Position numbers and translations under genes: made by a program. A DNA stretch of 64,000 nucleotides from assembly GCA_036172245.1 (NCBI GenBank), contig JAYWIR010000012.1:3162001-3226000 (forward strand), read 5' to 3'. The notes beneath the pieces are model-generated. The model saw only the letters and a list, made by a program, of their open reading frames with translations, ran no database searches and was not told the origin of the DNA. This document shows, in pieces, positions 39,715 through 49,629 of the stretch (its first letter is position 1; every line of letters begins with the position of its first letter). Source of the stretch: Raillietiella orientalis. Lineage: Eukaryota.

Positions 39715-39995
39715 CGGCTGCCGTCGCCATCGTGTCGTCATCGTCTTCATGGACATTGTTGGCATCTTCGAGCCGTCATCATCGCCGTGGACGTCACCGA
39801 CACCAACACCATCATTGTCAGTGGTGTCGACATCGTCGTCTTCATCAGCGTTGTCATCTATTCCGACATTATCAGCGTCAGAATCGTCGTCGTCGTCGTT
39901 GTCGTCGTTATCGTGTCATCGTCGAGGGTATTACCATCGTCACGTCCCCGGATGTTGCCGTGACGAGGACGACGGCGTTCATGGAGATGATGGCG
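39715..39995. repeat. Degenerate (TCG/TCA)n trinucleotide low-complexity tract
   Basis: Long run of atcgtc/gtcgtc/tcatca units. Confidence 0.8.
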
Positions 39996-40449
39996 GCGGT
40001 AGCACACGTGGTGATCCTCTCCGGAGAGGAGTGGACGAAGGATGCATTGACTCGTCAGTCACGTTCGTGGCTGTCCACCTTCCACCTTGGAAGGTTTCGA
40101 CCTTGGGACTCGGGCAAGGGGAAACGGGGAGGGAGGAACCGGAAGCAGGCGCGCCGCGTCGGCCCCCTGAGTTCCTGCCTCTTCCCCTTCCCTCACAGCC
40201 CTTCCTTCAGCCACGGAGAGGTCCTTTCGATGCTGCCACGGCGGAGGGAGCCACAGGGAGTGGTCGGCAGAGGCGAGGGACGCCGCAAGCCCAACGAGGA
40301 GGAAGGAGCGATTCACACAAGCGGCGTCTGCTCGGGAGGCGTTCCCGCACGACATCACTAGTACTCGCATCCCCGGGTGCTTTCCCGGTGCCAGAGTCGA
40401 GGGTTCCGCTGCTTCCAGGCTCTAGGAAGGGCTGTAGTGGCATCCTGCA

Positions 40450-42065
40450 TCCGGTTCATCATGAGCGAAGAAACTCGGTCAGCCTCGTTGCCTTCGGGAG
40501 TTTTTGACTCTCTCCGGGGGTCGAACCCAGTCCGTTCCCGGACTCTGGTGCCGAGTACACGCCGGTTATGCCGTCTAGGAGGTGCAGATCTCGCCTCCCT
40601 CGCTAAGTTGCCCTCCCACCCTCTAAGACCTCTCCTGGTCTGGGTTCCCTGTAGAGTCGCCCGTTTCCGGGCAGAGCTGCCCTCGCGCGAGGCGGCGCTC
40701 GCGGAGGATCATCGGCGAGCTTTCTCGAGTTTCCTCCTAGCGGCGCCAGGGAGCGCTTCCGTGCCAACAGCGGAAGGAGGCAAGAAAGGGCAGTGTTCCT
40801 CCGAGTGAAGTCCCAGGCATTCTCGCACGCGTCCGTTGGTGGCCTCCGCCAGGCTGGCGCAGATGATCTACGAGGCGGCAAGACTGCGAGGAATGGCGCA
40901 GTTGCATGGAAGACGAAAGAGGAAAAAAGGCGCGGGCCGGTGCCCGCCGGAACCGATCGCACGATGACCAGCTCCCTCCTTCTCCTCCTCTGTGCTGTCT
41001 TTCTTATCTCCCCCCCCCTTCCTTCCCGAATCCATGCACCCCAGCATCAAACAAGAAGGCAGGTGAAAGGGGGCGAGAGAGGGGGACAAAGGACATGGCT
41101 CCGATCGACGGAGGAGGACACAGATACACCCCTCCCGCTTCCCGCACCTATTTCTAGGAAGGGAAGAATTCTACGGTCCGAGAGGACTTTCCCACGCGGG
41201 GGCAAAGGCGAAGAGACGCAGGCGAGAGCCCTGTTCTCTTGATCTCTGTGCTGCCGGAGTCTAAGGGGCACCTCCCCCTCCCGAGATCTGAAGCAACGCC
41301 CCGAATTCGGCCCCCTAAGCACTGCAGGCAGGTCACGCGACGGCAAACGGTTCGCTCACGGTCCCTCTCTCGTGCGTGAACACTTCTGTGTTCCTCCCTT
41401 CAATGGAAACAGGATGTGCTTTTGCTGGTGCATTGGAGTTTCCATTGCAACCAGAGCGCGAACATGGTTTCCGGGGGAGTTGCCTCCCGGAACTGTAGGT
41501 GTGGAGCAGTGAAACGCCTTCTCACTTGCTCTTCGACTGCGGTGTTCTCCAAGTACTGTGGAGGAGGCTGGCTTCAGCGCTCCTGCTTCAGTGGGATACC
41601 TCAAGGACATTGATGCGCCGCTTCTTCACGCGAGGTGGCCTTTCGTTAGGTGCGGTCATCGCAACGATTTGTTGCATCCGCGCCATCGTCACGGCCCGTC
41701 GCCAGCTGGAGTCGCGAGCAATTCTTCGAGAGGCTACCGCAATCGCCGACTCCAACATGATGACGGCTGCCAAGTGGCCTCATCTTCCAGAAGAAGTGAA
41801 GAAGCAGATCTCCGGCATCCAACGCCGGTTCTGAAAGGAAGGAACGGTCGAACCCCAAAGACTCCTGTCACCAACACCTCCCCCCCCCATTCATATCTTT
41901 TTTTCTATTCTTTATATATGTATTTGTGGTCCCCTCCCTCCCGTTCCGGACTTTCGGTATGACCGATCTGCGTGTCGGGAAGCCCTCTCCTCGAACTTCT
42001 GTTCCCTTTGTCTGGGAACTCTGTTCCCAGATAGTTTGTAATAAACGCCACGGCGCACCCGGGTG
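40450..42065 (+). mobile_element. LINE post-RT region, zinc finger, C-terminus and structured 3' UTR
   Basis: LGGADLASL (GGLGL-like), then NC.RCG..ETPSHLLFDCGVLQVLWRRL (zf-RVT type), then ICCIRAIVTARRQLE...MTAAKWPHL with stop at 41834. This is followed by a T-rich tract, a hairpin at 42009-42033, AATAAA at 42040 and a terminal stem-loop. Confidence 0.7.
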
Positions 42066-44859
42066 AAAAACAAACGGCTTGCTGCGCTTGGTTCCTCCCT
42101 CTACCTTGGGGAGGACGCTACCGCCGGTGCCAGAGATTGAGAAAATTGCTAGGAAGACTCGTGCTCCCCTCTGGGGAAAAGGGCGCCAGTGGAGGCAGTG
42201 AGCGAAGCAGCGGCCCCGCGGGAAAGGGCGCCAGGAGCGGCGGACTTTGACACTAAGACCCTTCCTCAAAAGAACGGAGGTTCCCCTTCTTTCTGCTGCT
42301 TCTGCTGCTGCTGCAGGGGCTCCTGTCATTGACAAGAGCGGTAATCAAGGTGCACCCCATCCCTATCTCCACCGTACTCCCCTACCTCCTCATGCACCCC
42401 CAACTACCCCGTGCTCTTCTACCAACCTCTTGCTTCCCATGCACCCCTTACACCTCCCCCCTACTCGGCGCTCTCCTATTTCATCTTTCTCTCTATCCCA
42501 CCACTTCGGCCTTGGGAGATGGCAGGAGAGAAGCAGCGGAAGAGGAAGGCTGGCTTGTCTTTGCCCTGACCTCTTCTGCGTGGCGTCTGCCGCCAGCCAT
42601 CGTGCGACCTCTTGCGCTCTCTCGGGAGCGAACGCACGTGCGCGCTGGCGCTCTCCTCGGCCACTTAACTGAAGAAAAGACTGCCTCTTCTCTCGGGCTC
42701 ATTCCGGAAAGGTTAGCCCATCCCGTTCCTGAGGACTGCGGAATGGCAGCGCCGGCAGGGATGCTTCCAGGCGGCAAGGAGGCTCCGGGCCTCGAGGGGG
42801 CAGGCTCAAGCTACCCGCTTTTCCCATGCTCCCCTCCTGTTCCCCCTCTCCTGACGAAGGTGGAGAGAGAAGCAAGAGGAAGGAGGGAGAGAGGCTCACG
42901 GGGGTGGGGGGGGAGGGGCGATTGCACCTCCGCCGTAAAGTTTACGGTCCTCCGCTTCCCGAATGACGGCAGCGCATCCGTCTCGCCCGCTCCCAGAAGG
43001 CCTCTCCTCACTCCAGTAAATTGGAAAACGTCCTGACTCTCTCCGCGTAGTGCGGGGAAATCCTAGGGCCCCTGTCGTTCGCTCCTGCCGCCTCCCTGAG
43101 TGAGCGTGCCATTCTGGCGATCACGTGGTACCCTCAAGCGCACCGGGCCGCTCAGGAAGAAGAGGGCATGGGTCCCGATGAAGACTTATTAGACGAAGCG
43201 GGTTGGTCCCTGTCGCTCTGTGCTCTCCCGCGAAGACGGGAAGGAGTGGAAGAGGGAGGATCGCAGCTCCTCCAGTAGGCCGTGCTCCTCCCACGCGGTC
43301 CGTCCTGCCTCCTGCTGGCGTCTCTCCGGCTCTCGTCCTCTCGGCAGCTCTGGGAGCTGCGCTTGGACGGCGCTGGTGCAGTGGTTAGATGACCCCCGCC
43401 CGGGGGAGAAGCGGAACTTTCTTTGCCGCACCCCGACTGCCACTACTAATGGGAGCGTGGGGCGTTTGCATGACCCCCTCTTTCCAACTACACTCTTCCC
43501 AGGAAGAATTCTCCAAGAGTCAGGAGGCAGCTCCAAAAACGTTCCTTCCCCCAGAGCGAGGGGTAAGGTAAAGAATGATCCATCCTGTGCATTCGGGTCG
43601 TGCGCCCTCCAGGCTGCCGTTGGCAGCTCGCGGCAGTGGGCCGACTGTGAACTTTCATAGGAATCGCGAGAGGAATCCATCCCAGGCTTCCTGGAACGCG
43701 GAGGAGGGAAGTTCCAGTGTCGCACTAGCATCCCCACCTCCCTTTACCATGTCCCGAGGCTATGTTAAAGGGGGCCTTGCAGAGTGTCGTCCGTTCCCGT
43801 CTTCCAGGCTCCATCGCCTCTGCCCAAGCGCATACGCAGACATTGCTCCCCGGAGAGGTTACGTTCGCTGGCTTTCCGATTCTCCCGTGCAGACGCAGGC
43901 ACGTACGAAACCTCCGGTGACTTGTGCGCCTCACTGAGATGCCTCCAGCGGATCTCCTGCCCCACCCCACCCTTTCGCCCGTTGTCAAAGCAACTCCTCG
44001 CTGCAAGAAGCGCAGGACACGTGCACTGCCCTCCCCAACAACTCTGCCCTTCGCCGCCCGGGGCGATTCGATTCCACAACCCGAAGAATGAAGCCTCCCT
44101 CGGAAAGAGGAAGACGAGGGAGCGTCACGCTCTTCCTTCCTCCTCACTGAAGGGCAGGGGCTGAGCCGAAGGCAGGGAGGGAGGAGCTTTTTCATCCTCC
44201 GCGCTCACCTCTTCAGCATCCCTCCGACGGTGCGCTAGCTACAAACGCCAGAAGGAGTGACGTCAGCTCGTCCCGGCGGAAAGGACCCTTCCGAGGAGTC
44301 AGAGATTCCCTGCGCAGCAGGGAAGTCGCGCGCCTCGCCGACCGATGGTGCCCACAGGGCCCGACCGAGGAACGTTCACCCCTCCGCGGTCGGCAGCTGC
44401 CTTCTCGCTTGTGGTTCTCTACCGCGCACGGGAGCGACGGCGGAAGGCATCCGGGATGGCAGGAGCTGCCCCAGGGTAGCGTTCTCCTTCGCCCTCGCAC
44501 GAGCAGGGGCGTGAAGGAAGGAGAATCCTCGGGACGACCGGGGTCGGGCCAGCAGGAGATTAGGGGCAGCACCGTTCCATCCGGGCCGCTTCGGAAGTTC
44601 CAGAACGATGCTGCTGCTGGCCATGAGGACAGCCGTCCGTCCCGCCCCTAATTTCCCTTCCCTATTGAGGGTCGAGTCCCTTACCTCACCTATGCACCCC
44701 CATTGATCCCGTGCTCACATTCTGCGTACCTGGCCCGACTGACCTTTTCGCGCTGCAACAATTCCATTCTCTTCAAAGAAGTAGTCCGGATGAGCGGGTC
44801 ACGCCTCGAGGCGTTTACTCTCGAAAGAAATCCCCCTCCACACAGGCACACAAAAAGCG

Positions 44860-45200
44860 CAAAGAGATAAAAATAAAAAGATAAAATAAAATAACAATGG
44901 TGGACTTCTCGTCGCAGGGAGTTTGTGTAGCCTGGGGGAATGCGCGCGCCAACACGCAGATGAGCCACGAGTGGGGTGACGCCCTTTCTGAAGAGGGCGG
45001 GTGCGGAGAGTCTAATCGACAAGAAGGACTCGAGGTCACCCTCCTCGTTAGACCCACCAATGGATGCGTGACCTCCTCCTTTTCCTCCAGAGCCTGTCGA
45101 TCTCTCGGCCGCCCTGTAGTTGAGATGCTGCGCCCGCGTCTGCTCCTCAGCGCTGCAAGTTGTTCCGCTCTGCCGACAGGCACGCACTGATGCGCTGAGC
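44860..45200 (-). mobile_element. LINE 3' end fragment
   Basis: The - strand CTCTTCAGAAAGGGCGTCA...GTGGCTCATCTG resembles ctcttcatgaggacagcgtcaagatggcctcatctg (48601). A T-rich tract follows. Confidence 0.4.
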
Positions 45201-45853
45201 TTGCAACCCGGGGACGCGGCAGTGATAGCTCCCCCCCCCCCGGCTCTTCCCGATCCCGCCACGTGAAGTTCGTTTAGTGGGGGTTCACCACTCCACCACC
45301 CCCTTTTGGGGGAGTCTGAAAGGGATGCCGAGAGGAGACACACCATATGATCCTCCTGCCCTCAGTGAGGGCAAGGTCCGTTCAGGCCGGCATACGTGGT
45401 GCCCGTTGTTACCGTAGGAACGAGCAGCTCCGGTGCATCGACAAGGGACGCCAAGAAGCAGCTTCCGAGGGTGAAGGTCGGCACCCCGCCGAAGGTCTGT
45501 GCAAAAGGGAGAGCTCGGAGGCGGCATCACGGGAACCAGGCGCCGACCTGGAGGAAGCCGCTTCCAGCCGACGACCGTCTCCTGTCAGGGAGACGGTCGT
45601 CGGGGTTCCCCGAGGTGTACAGAGAGGACCACGGAAGCTCCGAGAATGTCCCTTGCCACGGCGCTGCCCACCTCGAGGTAAGACCTGGTCAGCGGTCCAG
45701 CGGTCAGCGGCAAGGTGGGATATCGCTCGCAGCACCGAGGGAATAACAGGACCCATCTCTGGATGGAGTGCACGAGCTCTAGCAGACGCTGAAAGTCCCA
45801 CCACAGAGAACTCCAGAAGATCTTCGGACCTTCGGAAAAGCTGCAGCTGCCAT

Positions 45854-45969
45854 TGATACTTGTGGGCAGCTCCACCCTACCCTTAAAGTGGCAGGAGCCA
45901 ATGCTGCTGGCGCTGCACTGGAGTCTCCCGGGCAACGTCCTCCGCCATCACTGGACCGGGAGGAGTGCG
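45854..45969 (+). repeat. 116-bp direct repeat, copy 1
   Basis: Matches 46784-46899 with 4 mismatches by manual comparison. Confidence 0.92.
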
Positions 45970-46783
45970 AATTCGACGCAGGGAAAAAGAAACCCCCCCG
46001 CACCTGCTCGGTACGTCAAGGCGATCACCGGTGATGATCACCCGGTTATACCGGGGCATTTTCTACATAAGGTAATGAAAATACATTACAATGGAACCGT
46101 TGGTTCTTCCACGTGCAAGGAACCTGCCTAAGAGTAGCTCGCAAACCGATGAGGTTCGCTTGGGCAGCGTAGGGAAGCGAAAGCACACATACAAAAAAAT
46201 AAGGCACACAAAATAGGGAAGGGGAATTATACACCGGGGGAGAGGAATCGAGGAAGAGATCACACTTCGCTGGGAGACATCCTCTGCCTCCTGTTCAGGA
46301 TGCCGGCAAGTTCCGTCCGAATAATGTGCAGGAGGGGCAAACTTCGAGGCGGTCTTTAGGAAGATCCGATGTCGTCCCTTCCATTTTGGCCTCTTATTCC
46401 CGCGTTCCAGTCCATCACCATCCCGCGAAGACCGCAGAGAACTGCGAGGGACGCACGCGGATGGCGGCAGTGCGGCACCACGCGCGAAGAGGCGTTTGCA
46501 AATGTCCCTGGGACGGCCCTCCGAGGTTCCTAGGATCGTCGCGAGCCCATCCCAAACGGGTCGGAAAGTAACACAGTCCAACAGAAGGTGCGAGTCCAAC
46601 AGAAGGTGCGAGAGGGTCTTCTTCTCCCCGAACACTTTGAGCGTCCACGCTCTCCCATGCAACACCAGCAACGTAAACTCCCGCCACTCGAGGTGGAGGG
46701 CGTCGCTGTTTCATCATGCAGGCGATCACTTCGCCTCCTTCGGAGGCATCGCAAACAGATCGCCCCAGCGTAGTGGTCCTTCG
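45970..46783 (-). mobile_element. 5'-truncated LINE 3' end inserted in inverse orientation
   Basis: ORF 46063-46671 reads KTLSHLLLDSHLLLDCVTFRPVWDGLATILG...IFLKTASKF. It shares ggaacttgccggcatcctg (19 nt identical) with 48651-48669 and carries the conserved 3' UTR with terminal hairpin at 46041-46055. Confidence 0.7.
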
Positions 46784-46899
46784 TGATACTTGTGGGCAGC
46801 TCCACCTTCCCCTTGAAGTGTCAGGAGCCAATGCTGCTGGCGCTGCACTGGAGTCTCCCGGGCAACGTCCTCCGCCATCACTGGACCGGGAGGAGTGCG
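46784..46899 (+). repeat. 116-bp direct repeat, copy 2
   Basis: Matches 45854-45969. Confidence 0.92.
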
Positions 46900-48099
46900 G
46901 ATTCCTGAGAAACTCGGGGTCGCAGAGTTCCGTGAGCTGACGAGTTGTTGTCCACGCGCACAGAAGTTTCTTCCTGACTTGGATGCAGCAGGACACCTTC
47001 CACCTTGCCGGAAGATCGCTGGCCACCTCGGCATTCGTTCCTCGCAACCAGCTCATTCCAGGCCAGTTCGACAGCTGCCGGAGGAATCTCCGGTCGCACT
47101 GGCCTGGCCCTTCCCGGGGAGAGCGCAAGTCTGCCGGTGATCGCTGACGAGGCACCGGCGTACACTGCACGCGAGCGGCTGAGACGCGCGCTAGCGGTTC
47201 CCGGAGATCCATCGGATTCCTGGCAGCCCACCGCAAGACTTGTTGGCCGAGAAGGGCAGCTGAACGCTTCGCGGACGTGTGGAGTCACGATTCGGGAGGC
47301 TTTGCTTGCCGAGCCCTGCGCTTACTGGGGGAGGCGGCCCTGCGCGTGCTGGCACTTTCAAGACCTCTGTGATGCCGGACCTACATGGCCGCTTGGCGGG
47401 CGGCACTTCCAGAGTTGTCCACCCACCCAGAAGTTTCTTCTTTGCAGCTGTGCGGCATGTCAATTCCCACCTTTCCGGGCTTACGTTGTCCCTTGCGTCC
47501 GTGAGGAAGGGCAGCACTGGGACAAGCGGGATGGGCGAAGCACTCGGCATTCCCCCTCTGAGGGCTACGGACGATCTCCTCCAACGTCTCGCGAGCGTTG
47601 ATGTCTCGCTGCAGGCAGCCGTGCTCCCTTTTGCTCTCGCCGTAGATCTTTCCCCAGACGAAGACGGACGCCTGGAGCCAGGCAGTGCAGCTCACGAGGA
47701 GGCAGGAGATCCAGGTGTTCTCCTCCATCAGGGCAGCCATCCGCAACGTCTCAGCAACCCTCGCGAGCGACGAGGGATGCGAGTTTCTCGCAGCCGGTTG
47801 CGTTCTTCATGAGGGGCCGTGCTGGTGTGCATCAGGGCGTGGTCCATCATCTCTCCGCGAGGCACCTACAGAATGATAAAAATCCTTTGGAGTTCTGTTT
47901 TCGCTGCTTTCCTTCCAGTTGTTATTGTTCTTGCTTCCAATTTTTTTTTTTTTCCCTTGTTGGCCAAGTGCTGAAGAACTGTTCACCTTCTTGGGGGGGG
48001 TAGGGGGGAGGGCTCACCCATGAAGCTCTTTAATGCCATCCACACCACCCGAGGGTGTGTATAACTCTTCAAGTTATAAAAGGGTACCGGGAAGGACCA

Positions 48100-48395
48100 C
48101 CCTAGGAATCCCGGAAGGCTCCGGAGGAAGGAGTCCGTCCCTCTTACGCTCAGTAGGGAAACCCCGAAGGAAACCTATTCCTCATTTTCTCCGGAGTCAT
48201 CCCCCGGAGGAGAGCCGCTCCTCATTTTTCTCCGAAAGGAACCCGAGAAGGAGCCGCTCCGGAATTTCTTCTCCGGAGGCAAGAAAGGATTCACTCCCTG
48301 CTTGCTCCTCTGAAGAGGGAGGAAGGACGACCCCATTTGTTCTCCGGAGGGAAACCCCGAAGAGCTCCTTTATTCTTGGAAGGACCCCAGAGGGT
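48100..48395. repeat. Degenerate ~40-bp tandem repeat (about 6-7 units)
   Basis: Units such as gggaaaccccgaaggaaacctattcctcattttctccgga, gtcatcccccggaggagagccgctcctcatttttctccgaa and aggaacccgagaaggagccgctccggaatttcttctccgga. Confidence 0.65.
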
Positions 48396-48449
48396 CAACT
48401 TCCAGTTCCAACAGTCAACAAGGGGCATCCAGTTTCCGGCCTCCACATC

Positions 48450-48934
48450 GCCGCACCCTAGTTTTAGAGCGCCTCTTCCTGAGCAGAGTCCTCACGCTGG
48501 CCTCATCCTCAGCAGCACTGCACTGCCCACGAGGTGGGATCGTGGCTGCATGGAACAACGCCAAAGAAGGCCAGAACACAGGGACGCCATTTATTTTGCT
48601 CTCTTCATGAGGACAGCGTCAAGATGGCCTCATCTGGGAGTCCTGAAACAGGAACTTGCCGGCATCCTGCAAAGGATGCAGAGAGCTCCCTCCAGCACAC
48701 AGTGATCCCTTCTCGAACCCTACCAATTTTTTGACTATATTTTTTTGTTTTGTTTTCTTTTTTTCTTTTTGTTTGTCTCCCCTTCCCCTGTGCTGCTGAG
48801 GCGAGCCCCGCTGGTCTGCGTGCCAGTTCCCGGCAGGTTCCTTCTCGTAGTTAGAAGTAACGTTGCAGGATCAAACGTTTTGCCACAGACGTGGATGTTT
48901 ATTTTATAAATAAACGCTCCGGCGTGAACGGGTG
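48450..48934 (+). mobile_element. LINE 3' end
   Basis: LFMRTASRWPHLGVLKQELAGILQRMQ* (stop 48705), then a T-rich tract, ggtctgcg...ggcaggtt, AATAAA at 48909 and a terminal stem-loop. Confidence 0.65.
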
Positions 48935-48949
48935 TCAACCAACGCCGCA

Positions 48950-49620
48950 CCCGAAGCCAACCGAGGCCAGCCAGTGTCATCCTGCAAGGGGCACTCGAAA
49001 TCCGCGACGCACCTCCCATTTGCGGGGTCAGGCAGCGTGGGACATATTGCGGGGATTGCGGGATCAATCCTCAACGTGGGGATTCGAACACTCAACGCTT
49101 GGTACCACGTGGCGCGGAGACTGCAGCCAAGCAGCCCCCAACGCGTGCATATGGCTACGTGTTGCCCTCTGTCCCCTTTGGGAAGGTTCGAAGCGGACAC
49201 TTAGACGTCATGAAACGCCTGCCGTGCGTGCTGCACTGCCGCCTGCCGTGTCCCTAGCAGTTCCTTGCTGCTTTTTCCGAATATGGCGGTCTGGAACACC
49301 GCAGGAATATGCCATCCACTGGTAGATGATGTTCTTGAAGACCGCCATGAGATGGCCGCACCTGGGCATTTTTGAGATTGGCCTTGCCTGCGTCCTGGAA
49401 AGGACGCAGTGGACTCCAAGCAACCAGTCGTGATCCCTTCCAGAATTCCCCTTTTGCATATTTACTTTCTTTTATTCCTCCTTTTTTTATATATATTCTT
49501 TTGGTTTAATCCTGTCCCCTTCGTTGCGGTCCTCACCGACCTGCGTACCGACATCTCGGCAGGTCCCCATGGGCGTGGCAGGACTGAGAATCCTGCCGCT
49601 GACTTTCGTGAGATTTACCG
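48950..49620 (+). mobile_element. LINE 3' end
   Basis: LPPAVSLAVPCCFFRIW...FLKTAMRWPHLG, then a T-rich tract and hairpins gacctgc/gcaggtc and gtggcagga/tcctgccgc. Confidence 0.65.
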
Positions 49621-49629
49621 TCCTCGGTA

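Larger units (their letters stand above)
45300..47960 (+). mobile_element. Decayed LINE ORF2 interrupted by an inverted insertion
   Basis: LPADDRLL (YADD-like) near 45570 and a downstream zinc-finger/C-terminal-like region (CQLCG.., DLLQRLA). It is split by the 116-bp duplication at 45854-45969 / 46784-46899. Confidence 0.45.

Noticed and set aside
48100..48395. CRISPR array
   Set aside because: The units are degenerate with no unique spacers, there are no cas genes, and the context is eukaryotic.
49530..49610. HDV-like ribozyme in the LINE 3' UTR
   Set aside because: Only 14 nt lie inside the putative P1, too short for P2/P3/L3.
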